A DNA stretch of 32,000 nucleotides from the NCBI RefSeq assembly GCF_017876815.1, contig NZ_JAGIOS010000001.1:690001-722000 (forward strand), read 5' to 3'. A model generated the notes under the pieces. The model searched no databases. It was not told the origin of the DNA and saw only the letters and a program-made list of their open reading frames with translations. Within the stretch, counting starts at the first letter, position 1. Every line of letters begins with the position of its first letter. Positions 24,992-32,000 of the stretch are shown piece after piece. Made by a program: the position numbers and the translations under genes. The DNA comes from Sinorhizobium meliloti (GTDB lineage Bacteria; Pseudomonadota; Alphaproteobacteria; Rhizobiales; Rhizobiaceae).

Positions 24992-25210
24992 GCCTCTCTC
25001 CGTGGAAATCCCCCGAAGGGCCACCCGCACCTGTCTTGCGCGGCAACCGCCGGTAGGAATCTAGACCAAAGCCCCGTGTGAGGAAATCGTACTCCTTGCA
25101 TTTGGTCAAGCTCCGCGGATATCGGCGGGTGATCTTGAACTTAAGACTGATGCGCCGGCCGATTTCCAACCAAATGGACTTGCCCTATGCTGGCCGCGGA
25201 GGAGTGAGGC

Positions 25211-28200
25211 ATGCTTTCGGGTTCGGTCATTTTTGCCTCGGCCTTCGCCTACCTGCTGCTGCTCTTCGCAGTTGCAAGCTATGGCGACCGGCGAGCCAGA
25301 CGCAACGAGATTGCCGCGAAGGGCAGGCCGCTCGTCTATGCGCTGAGCCTGGCAATCTACTGCACATCCTGGACCTATTTCGGCGGCGTCGGCCTTGCGG
25401 CGGAGCGCGGACTCGAATTCACCGGCATCTATATCGGCCCGATCCTGATGTTCACGCTCGGCATGCCGCTGATCCGCCGCATCGTTCGGCTCGCCAAGAC
25501 CGAAAAGCTCACCTCCGTCGCCGATTTCGTGGCTGCGCGCTACGGCAAGAACCCGGCCGTTGCGGCAATCGTCGCGCTGATCTCGCTCGTCGGGGCCATT
25601 CCCTATATCGCATTGCAGCTCAAGGCAGTGTCGAGTTCTGTCGCCACGATGATCGACACCAGCGATTACGGCATAGGCTCGGGCGAGAACTTCGTCGACC
25701 TGCCGCTTCTGGTCACGCTCTTTCTCGCCTGTTTTGCGATCGTCTTCGGTACGCGCCATACGGATGCGACGGAACACCAGGACGGCCTGATCCTCGCGAT
25801 CGCGATGGAATCGGTCGTCAAGCTCGTGGCTATGCTCACGGTGGGCGTCTATATCGTCTTCGTCCTGTTCGGCGGGCCTGCGAATCTATGGGCAGAAGCG
25901 CAGCAAAGCGTCACCGTGATCGCCGCGCTCGAATACCAGACGCCGGTCGCGCGCTGGATTCTGATGATCGCGCTTTCCGCCTTCGGCATCATCATGCTTC
26001 CCCGGCAGTTCCACGTGACGGTCGTGGAAAACCGCACCGATAACGAACTGCGCACGGCCGGCATCCTCTTCCCGCTTTATCTGATCGCAATCAACGCCTT
26101 CGTCCTGCCGATCGCGATCGCCGGCATCCTGACCTTCTCCGGCTCCGGCAATGCGGATCTCTATCTTCTGGCACTGCCGCTTGCCGGCGACGTGCCGCTC
26201 GTCACGCTCTTCACCTTCATCGGCGGCTTCTCCGCAGCGACCGCCATGGTCATCGTCGCTTCGGTCGCGCTCTCGATCATGGTTTCGAACGACATCGTCA
26301 TGCCGGTATTCCTGCGCCGCAGGCTCGGCACGCGCGGTTCTCTCCAGGAGGACATGGCCGGTACGCTCCTCAATATCCGCCGCACGGCGATCTTCGTCGT
26401 TCTTTTCCTCGGCTACGGCTATTATCGCGCCGCCGACATCAGCGCCGGCCTCGCCTCGCTCGGGCTGCTCTCCTTCGCCGCCATCGCGCAGATGGCGCCG
26501 GCGCTCCTCGGCGGTCTCGTCTGGCGGCAGGCCAATGCCCGCGGCGCGATCGCGGGGATGGTCAGCGGCTTTCTCGTCTGGGCCTATGTCCTTTTCCTGC
26601 CGAGCCTCGGCGGGCCGGACAATTCTCACATCGCCTCCACGGTGCTCAGCTTCCTGCTGCCCTTCACCGATCTCTTCTCCGGCGCGCAGTCAGACCCGCT
26701 GGTGAATGCGACGGCTCTCAGCATGCTCGTCAATGTCGCGGCCTATATCGTGGGTTCGCTGACGCGCGCGCCCAAACCCCTGGAGCGCTTCCAGGCGGGC
26801 GTCTTCATCACCCGCCGCTCACGCATCGAGCGGACCTTCCGCGGGCGCAAGACCAAGGTGACGGTGCGCGACCTCAAGACGACGATCGGCCGTTACATGG
26901 GCGAGGAGCGCATGCAGCGCTCCTTCCATACCTATGAACAGCAATCCGGCCGCTGGCTCGACGACAACGCCTCCGCCGACATGGCGCTTGTCCACTTCTC
27001 GGAACAATTGCTCGGAAGCGCAATCGGCTCGTCCTCCGCCCGGCTCGTCCTTTCGCTTGTCCTGCAGCGCATGGACGACACCTCCTCCGACACCGCCTGG
27101 CTGCTCGACCAGGCGAGCGAGGCGCTCCAATACAACCAGGACATGCTGCATACGGCGCTCTCGCAGATGGACCAGGGCATTGCCGTCTTCGACAACGCCA
27201 ACAATCTCATCATTTGGAACCGCCGTTTCCGGGAGCTCATGGACCTCCCCGAGGCCGCCGGACAGGTGGGCTTTCCGCTGGCCGACATCGTCGCCATCCT
27301 TGCCCGCCGCGGGGATGTCCGCAAGGATGAGGAGAAGGCGCTGATCGCCAACTTCCTGACGCTCGACAAGCCCTTCCTGCTCGAACTTGCAGGCGGCGCC
27401 CGCATCCTCGAAGTCAGAAGCAATGCCATGCCCGACAAGGGCATCGTCACGACCTACACCGACATAACCCAGCGCGTCGCGGCCGACATGGCGCTCAAAC
27501 AGGCGAATGAAACGCTGGAATTGCGCGTCGCCGAGCGGACGGGAGAACTCACACGCGTCAACCGCGAACTGGGCGAGGCAAGAGCGGCCGCCGAGGAGGC
27601 GAATATCGGCAAGACCCGCTTCTTCGCCGCTGCCGGTCACGACATCCTGCAGCCCTTGAACGCGGCGCGGCTCTACTCCTCGTCGCTGGTCGAGCGACTG
27701 GGCGATTCCGACAACCGGGCGCTGGTGCAGAACATCGATTCCTCTCTCGAATCGGTGGAAGCCATCCTCGGCGCCCTGCTCGACATTTCGCGGCTCGACA
27801 CCGGCGCGATGAAGCCGCGCCTGCAATCCGTACCGCTCGACGAATTGCTCAGGCGGATCGAGACGGATTTCGCGCCGATGGCGAGGGCGAAGGATATAGA
27901 ACTCGTCATCATGCCGACATCGCTCGCGGCGCGCAGCGATCCGAACCTGCTCAGGCGCCTCGTCCAGAACCTCGTATCGAACGCCATAAAATACACACTT
28001 CGGGGCAAGGTGCTGGTCGGCGTGCGCCGGCACGGGCAGACGGCGACGATCGAAGTTCTCGATTCGGGTATCGGCATTCCATCATCGAAATTCCGCACCA
28101 TCTTCAAGGAATTCGCGCGCCTTGAAGAAGGCGCGCGAACCGCGTCGGGGCTCGGCCTCGGTCTCTCCATCGTCGACCGCATCTCGCGGGTTCTCAATCA

Positions 28201-28717
28201 CCCGGTCGGCCTGCAATCGAAGCCGGGAAAGGGCACCGGCTTCAAGGTCACCGTGCCGCTCGACAAGAGCGCCGGCGGCAGGCTGAAACCGCAATCCGTC
28301 GCAGCGGCGAAAACGAGCGAAGCACTGGCCGGGCTCAACGTCATCTGCATCGACAACGAGCCGAAGATCCTCGAAGGCATGGCCCTGCTGCTCGGCGGTT
28401 GGGGCTGCAGCGTGACGACCGCCGAGTCGCTCGCCGGCTGCACTGAAATGGCGCCCGGCAGGCTGGGCGTGCGTCCCGACGCGATCATCGCCGACTATCA
28501 CCTCGGCGATGGCACCGGTGTCGAGGCGATCGCCGCGATCCGCGGCCTCTGGCAGGAGAGTATCCCCGCCCTCATGGTGACGGCCGACCGTTCGCCCGAA
28601 GTGCGCGGCGCCGCCGAACGGGACGGCGTCTCGCTGCAGCACAAGCCCGTCCGACCGGCGGCTCTGCGCGCCTGGCTCACCCAGCTTGCCGCGGCGGGAC
28701 GCGCGGCGGCGGAATAA
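25211..28717 (+). CDS. hybrid sensor histidine kinase with N-terminal solute:sodium symporter (SSS) domain, linker/PAS, HisKA-HATPase and C-terminal receiver (CrbS/MxtR/CbrA-type architecture)
   Basis: The first ~500 aa are polytopic and SSS-like. A soluble linker and PAS-like segment follow (..MDQGIAVFDNANNLIIWNRRFRELM..). H-box FFAAAGHDILQPLN (His codon 27638-27640). G-boxes ..DSGIGIP.. and ..GLGLGLSIV... Receiver segment with IIADYHLGDG (Asp codon 28493-28495). Confidence 0.9.
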   Translation: MLSGSVIFASAFAYLLLLFAVASYGDRRARRNEIAAKGRPLVYALSLAIYCTSWTYFGGVGLAAERGLEFTGIYIGPILMFTLGMPLIRRIVRLAKTEKLTSVADFVAARYGKNPAVAAIVALISLVGAIPYIALQLKAVSSSVATMIDTSDYGIGSGENFVDLPLLVTLFLACFAIVFGTRHTDATEHQDGLILAIAMESVVKLVAMLTVGVYIVFVLFGGPANLWAEAQQSVTVIAALEYQTPVARWILMIALSAFGIIMLPRQFHVTVVENRTDNELRTAGILFPLYLIAINAFVLPIAIAGILTFSGSGNADLYLLALPLAGDVPLVTLFTFIGGFSAATAMVIVASVALSIMVSNDIVMPVFLRRRLGTRGSLQEDMAGTLLNIRRTAIFVVLFLGYGYYRAADISAGLASLGLLSFAAIAQMAPALLGGLVWRQANARGAIAGMVSGFLVWAYVLFLPSLGGPDNSHIASTVLSFLLPFTDLFSGAQSDPLVNATALSMLVNVAAYIVGSLTRAPKPLERFQAGVFITRRSRIERTFRGRKTKVTVRDLKTTIGRYMGEERMQRSFHTYEQQSGRWLDDNASADMALVHFSEQLLGSAIGSSSARLVLSLVLQRMDDTSSDTAWLLDQASEALQYNQDMLHTALSQMDQGIAVFDNANNLIIWNRRFRELMDLPEAAGQVGFPLADIVAILARRGDVRKDEEKALIANFLTLDKPFLLELAGGARILEVRSNAMPDKGIVTTYTDITQRVAADMALKQANETLELRVAERTGELTRVNRELGEARAAAEEANIGKTRFFAAAGHDILQPLNAARLYSSSLVERLGDSDNRALVQNIDSSLESVEAILGALLDISRLDTGAMKPRLQSVPLDELLRRIETDFAPMARAKDIELVIMPTSLAARSDPNLLRRLVQNLVSNAIKYTLRGKVLVGVRRHGQTATIEVLDSGIGIPSSKFRTIFKEFARLEEGARTASGLGLGLSIVDRISRVLNHPVGLQSKPGKGTGFKVTVPLDKSAGGRLKPQSVAAAKTSEALAGLNVICIDNEPKILEGMALLLGGWGCSVTTAESLAGCTEMAPGRLGVRPDAIIADYHLGDGTGVEAIAAIRGLWQESIPALMVTADRSPEVRGAAERDGVSLQHKPVRPAALRAWLTQLAAAGRAAAE

Positions 28718-28737
28718 AGTGGCTTACCGCTCGGATT

Positions 28738-28844
28738 GCCCCTCATCCGGCCTGCCGGCCACCTTCTCCCCGCAGGCGGGGCGAAGGGACAAGCTGCGAA
28801 CTCCCGGCGCACTCTCACCGTCTGCGAGGCAGCGGGATGAGGGC
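28738..28844. repeat. REP/RIME-like nested palindromic intergenic element
   Basis: Outer arms GCCCCTCATCCGG (28738-28750) and CGGGATGAGGGC (28833-28844). Inner hairpin CCTTCTCCCCGC / GCGGGGCGAAGG (28762-28787). The CCTTCTCCCCGC..GGATGAGGG motif recalls repeats common in rhizobial intergenic regions. It lies between two convergent genes. Confidence 0.6.
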
Positions 28845-28873
28845 AAAAATCGCAAATCCCAGGAGCGGCCGAC

Positions 28874-29521
28874 TCAGGCCGCCGCGACCGTCCCCAGCTT
28901 CGATAGCTGGATCACCGCCTGTGTACGGCTGTCGACGTTGAGCTTCAGGAGGATCGCCGAGACATGCGCCTTGATCGTCGCCTCGGAGACGCCAAGTTCA
29001 TAGGCGATCTGCTTGTTGAGCAGCCCCTCGGCCAGCATCGAGAGGACGCGGGACTGCTGCGGTGTCAGCGTCTGCAGCCGATGCAGCAGGTCGGCGACTT
29101 CCGGCTCGTATTCCTGGTTCTGGTCGTAACCGGGCGGGACGAACACCTCGCCGGCCATCACCTTTGCGATGCCTTCGCGGATTTCCTCGATACCGGCCGA
29201 TTTGGACAGGAACCCTGCGGCGCCCAGATCGAGCGCGCGATGAATGGTCGCCGGATCGTCATGGGCCGAGACGATCATCACGGGCAGGCTCGGAAACTCG
29301 GCACGCAGCGCGATCAGCCCCGAAAGCCCGCTGACGCCGGGCATGGTCAGATCGAGCAGCATCAGATCGGCGTCCGGATTGTCGGCCGCAGCCCTGCGCG
29401 CAGCGGCAAAATCGCCGGCCTCGACGATGGCCGGTGCGCCCGCCATGCCGCTCAGCGCCTGGCGCATTGCGCCGCGGAAGAGCGGGTGGTCGTCGGCAAT
29501 GATGATGGTCATTTCCGGCAT
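28874..29521 (-). CDS. LuxR/FixJ-family two-component response regulator (CrbR/ErdR-like)
   Basis: ATG at 29521 follows GGAGGGAG. Receiver domain MPEMTIIIADDHPLFRGAM..DLMLLDLTMPGVSG... C-terminal LuxR HTH LTPQQSRVLSMLAEGLLNKQIAYELGVSEATIKAHVSAILLKLNV. Confidence 0.9.
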   Translation of the reverse strand: MPEMTIIIADDHPLFRGAMRQALSGMAGAPAIVEAGDFAAARRAAADNPDADLMLLDLTMPGVSGLSGLIALRAEFPSLPVMIVSAHDDPATIHRALDLGAAGFLSKSAGIEEIREGIAKVMAGEVFVPPGYDQNQEYEPEVADLLHRLQTLTPQQSRVLSMLAEGLLNKQIAYELGVSEATIKAHVSAILLKLNVDSRTQAVIQLSKLGTVAAA

Positions 29522-29662
29522 GATGACGCTCCCTCCCAAGAGCCTCGGCCGCGATCCTGCAGCCTCGCGCTGTGGATCCGCCGCATCATCTTATTCCCAA
29601 ATGATCCCTGTTTCAGGGAAACATGCGCGACGCGCGTCCTCCGGCACGCCACGGCTTCGTTC

Positions 29663-30100
29663 TCAGGTCTTCTGCGGCAGATTCTCACCCTCGTCGGCGG
29701 AATCGCTGCCCTTGTCCTCGAATTCCTTCACGATTCCCATGAACTTGCGCATCATTCTTTCCATGATGCTCATTGCCCGGTCAATCTCTTCATCGTTGGG
29801 AAGCGCCGGTTCGGCCGCGGTTTCACCGCTTTCCACGGCCTTTTCCAGCGCTTCGATGCGACTGGTGAGGAGATCGAGTTCGCGCTCGAATGCGGCTCTC
29901 TCGTCGGCCGCCATCCTGCAGATGAGCTCCCCGCCCTTTTCCTGGCACAAGGTGACCTCGCCGGTCTCGGTGTCGAGCCGGGCTAATCCGGTTTCCGACT
30001 TCTGCATGCTGTAGCGGCCGGGCGAGGCTTCCTGCGCAGCCGCCGGGGCAATGAGACCGAAGCCCAACCCGACTGCGAGTATTGCGACTGCCTGTCTCAT
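29663..30100 (-). CDS. hypothetical exported protein (145 aa) with a Cys pair and an acidic helical C-terminal half
   Basis: ATG at 30100 follows GGAGAG. Signal peptide MRQAVAILAVGLGFGLIAPAAAQE. Cys pair in ..VTLCQEKGGELIC... A heptad-like segment FERELDLLTSRIEALEKAVE. Confidence 0.65.
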   Translation of the reverse strand: MRQAVAILAVGLGFGLIAPAAAQEASPGRYSMQKSETGLARLDTETGEVTLCQEKGGELICRMAADERAAFERELDLLTSRIEALEKAVESGETAAEPALPNDEEIDRAMSIMERMMRKFMGIVKEFEDKGSDSADEGENLPQKT

Positions 30101-30220
30101 GACGTTCTCTCCGTTGAATGCTTACGGAAAATCCGCCTCGATCTCATGCTGTGCGGTGGACAGGCGCCGATATTTGCGGCAAGGCCATCACTCATGCTCA
30201 CGACGGATAAGCGAACAAAG

Positions 30221-30568
30221 ATGAACGCTACCATATACAAGATCGTTCCGGCACTTCTATGGCAGGAAGCGCGACGGACCGGCGCGTTTGCAGGCGCCCC
30301 CGTCGATCTCGCCGACGGGTTCATTCATTTTTCGACCGGGGACCAGGTCGTCGAAACGGCCGCCAGGCATTTCGAGGGTCAGGACGACCTGCTGCTCGTT
30401 GCGGTCGACGCGACGGCGCTGGGCGACAAACTCGTTTATGAGCCCTCCCGCGGCGGCGCGCTGTTTCCGCATCTTTACGCTCCGCTTCCGCTTGAAGCCG
30501 TATTGTGGGAGAAGCCCCTGCCGCTGCGGCCGGACGGTCAGCACAGCTTCCCGGAACTCGCCCCATGA
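30221..30568 (+). CDS. DUF952-family protein
   Basis: ATG at 30221 (MNATIYKIVPALLWQEAR..DGFIHFSTGDQV..GGALFPHLYAPLPLEAV) shows DUF952 hallmarks. The stop overlaps the pyrD start as ATGA. Confidence 0.85.
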   Translation: MNATIYKIVPALLWQEARRTGAFAGAPVDLADGFIHFSTGDQVVETAARHFEGQDDLLLVAVDATALGDKLVYEPSRGGALFPHLYAPLPLEAVLWEKPLPLRPDGQHSFPELAP

Positions 30569-31653
30569 TCGGCCAGTTGGAGCACCTCGCACGGCGCGGC
30601 CTTTTCCTCTTCGACCCGGAAGCTGCACACGGCCTTTCGATCAAGGCGCTGAAGAGCGGCCTGGTGCCGAGCTGCGCCGCGCCGGCCGACCCCCGGCTCG
30701 GGCAAACCGTGGCGGGCCTCGTTTTTTCCAACCCGATCGGCATGGCTGCCGGCTACGACAAGAATGCCGAAGTCCCGGAAGCGCTGCTGAAGATCGGCTT
30801 CGGCTTTACCGAGATCGGCACGGTGACGCCGAGGCCACAGGCGGGCAACGACAAGCCGCGGCTCTTCCGGCTCGTCGAGGATGAGGCGGTGATCAACCGG
30901 CTCGGCTTTAACAACGAGGGGCACGGGGCGGCGCTGGCGCGGCTCAAGGCCTGCTCGCGCGAGGCGCTGATCGGCGTCAATATCGGCGCCAACAAGGACA
31001 GCGCCGACCGGATCGCCGACTATGTGACAGGCATCCGAACCTTCTACGCGGTCGCGCGCTATTTCACCGCCAACATCTCCTCGCCCAACACGCCGGGCCT
31101 GCGCGACCTGCAGGCGCGCGAGAGTCTCTCGGCGCTGCTTTCGGCCGTGCTTGCCGCCCGGGACGATGAGGCGCGAAAAGGCGGGCGGCAGGTCCCGGTC
31201 TTCCTCAAGATCGCTCCGGACCTGACCGAAGAGGGCATGGACGACATCGCAGCCGAGGTGCTGGCGCATGGTCTGGACGGGCTGATCGTTTCCAACACGA
31301 CGCTTTCGCGCGAGGGTCTGAAAGACCGGCGTCAGGCCAACGAAGCCGGCGGCCTTTCCGGAAAACCGCTCTTCGAGAAATCGACGGCGGTGCTCGCCCG
31401 GATGCGCAAGCGGGTGGGACCGCACTTGCCGATCATCGGGGTCGGCGGCGTGTGCTCGGCGGAAACCGCAGCGGAAAAGATCCGCGCCGGAGCCGATCTC
31501 GTCCAGCTTTACTCCTGCATGATCTATGAGGGACCGGGATTGCCGGGCCGGATCGTGCGCGGCCTCTCGGCCCTTTGCGAGCGCGAGAAACTTGCCTCGA
31601 TCCGCGACATACGCGACAGCCGGCTCGACTACTGGAGCGGCCGGAACGTCTGA
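30565..31653 (+). CDS. pyrD: dihydroorotate dehydrogenase (quinone), class 2
   Basis: ATG at 30565. Motifs ..FSNPIGMAAGYDKNAE.., GFGFTEIGTVTPRPQAGNDKPRLFRL, ANISSPNTPGLR and VSNTT. Confidence 0.93.
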   Translation: MIGQLEHLARRGLFLFDPEAAHGLSIKALKSGLVPSCAAPADPRLGQTVAGLVFSNPIGMAAGYDKNAEVPEALLKIGFGFTEIGTVTPRPQAGNDKPRLFRLVEDEAVINRLGFNNEGHGAALARLKACSREALIGVNIGANKDSADRIADYVTGIRTFYAVARYFTANISSPNTPGLRDLQARESLSALLSAVLAARDDEARKGGRQVPVFLKIAPDLTEEGMDDIAAEVLAHGLDGLIVSNTTLSREGLKDRRQANEAGGLSGKPLFEKSTAVLARMRKRVGPHLPIIGVGGVCSAETAAEKIRAGADLVQLYSCMIYEGPGLPGRIVRGLSALCEREKLASIRDIRDSRLDYWSGRNV

Positions 31654-32000
31654 GCCGCCCGACGCGGTATCATCAGCAGCAGGAAAGCGCCGCGCAGCAG
31701 CAGGAACAGGTTGAGCCCGGCCCAGAGACCGTGATTGCCGAAGGCAGGGACGAGCACGGCAAGCGCCGCCACGTAGCCGATGAAGGCAGCCAGCATCATG
31801 TTGCGCATGTCGCGCGACCAGCCGGCACCGATGAAGACGCCGTCCATCAGGAAGGCGAGTGCGCCGGTCAGCGCCGTCACGGCCGCCCACGGCATATATT
31901 GATAGGCGAGCGCGCGCACGTCCGGCGCAGTCGTCAGCATGTTCACCACGGCGTTGCCGAAAGCGAGCAGCGCGAGCGTGGTCAATGCGGCGAGGCCGAG
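31629..32000 (-). CDS. MATE-family efflux transporter (DinF/NorM-like), C-terminal part; gene continues beyond the window end
   Basis: The frame is open to base 32000, and the track 'M' at 31985 is a TTG. The hydrophobic C-terminal TMs ..YMPWAAVTALTGALAFLMDGVFIGAGWSRDMRN..GLWAGLNLFLLLRG.. are typical of MATE C-termini. The 3' end overlaps the pyrD 3' end by 25 bp. Confidence 0.7.
   Translation of the reverse strand, partial: LGLAALTTLALLAFGNAVVNMLTTAPDVRALAYQYMPWAAVTALTGALAFLMDGVFIGAGWSRDMRNMMLAAFIGYVAALAVLVPAFGNHGLWAGLNLFLLLRGAFLLLMIPRRAAQTFRPLQ

Noticed and set aside
26169-26184. TGGCAC-N6-TTGC resembling a sigma-54 promoter
   Set aside because: The spacing is one base too long for the GG-N10-GC rule, and it lies inside the sensor kinase coding region.
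1-32000. Search for mobile elements, CRISPR arrays, rRNA/tRNA genes, and phage, integrase or defence-system hallmarks
   Set aside because: I found no terminal inverted repeats flanking a transposase-like ORF, no regularly spaced repeat arrays, no integrase, recombinase or nuclease-helicase type ORFs, and no structured RNA gene signatures. Apart from the 6.6-7.4 kb pocket, the window reads as core chromosome.

Overview
The window looks like a GC-rich core chromosomal segment of an alpha-proteobacterium. Gene content and order resemble Sinorhizobium/Ensifer, but I infer that from memory of the rkp-1 locus and ran no search.

About 30 protein genes are supportable.
- **1-5902:** the 3' half of an rkp-1-type K-antigen capsule module: rkpG (5'-truncated), rkpH, rkpI, rkpJ and a convergent kpsF.
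- **6086-7470:** an Rrf2 regulator, then a visibly AT-richer stretch of about 0.9 kb with two small minus-strand ORFs, a 20-bp tandem repeat, palindromes and a strong terminator.
- **7545-10595:** fused secDF, preceded by a small predicted exported protein.
- **10755-18881:** a divergent catabolic/uptake locus. One arm is TetR, an AruH-like aminotransferase and an AruI-like ThDP decarboxylase. The other is a polar amino-acid/opine-type ABC importer plus an M20 amidohydrolase.
- **19089-22035:** a short-form (CIO-type) cytochrome bd oxidase, a 38-aa third ORF and a PchB-like chorismate mutase.
- **22054-24991:** galE, an aminotransferase and mscL.
- **25211-29521:** a 1168-aa hybrid sensor kinase with a solute:sodium symporter (SSS) domain. 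It is convergent with a LuxR/FixJ-type response regulator, and a REP/RIME-like palindromic element lies between them.
- **29663-32000:** an exported coiled-coil protein, DUF952 translationally coupled to pyrD, and the 3' end of a MATE transporter.

I saw no rRNA, tRNA, CRISPR array, IS element, integrase, phage gene or recognisable defence gene.

Nothing here clearly amounts to a new system. The best leads are:
1. the lipid-anchor chemistry implied by rkpG/H/I/J;
2. the small-ORF and repeat island at 6.6-7.4 kb;
3. the unassigned substrate of the aruHI-like/ABC/M20 locus;
4. the transporter-like sensor kinase pair.

Many long ORFs in the track are antisense shadow ORFs, typical of high-GC DNA, and were rejected.
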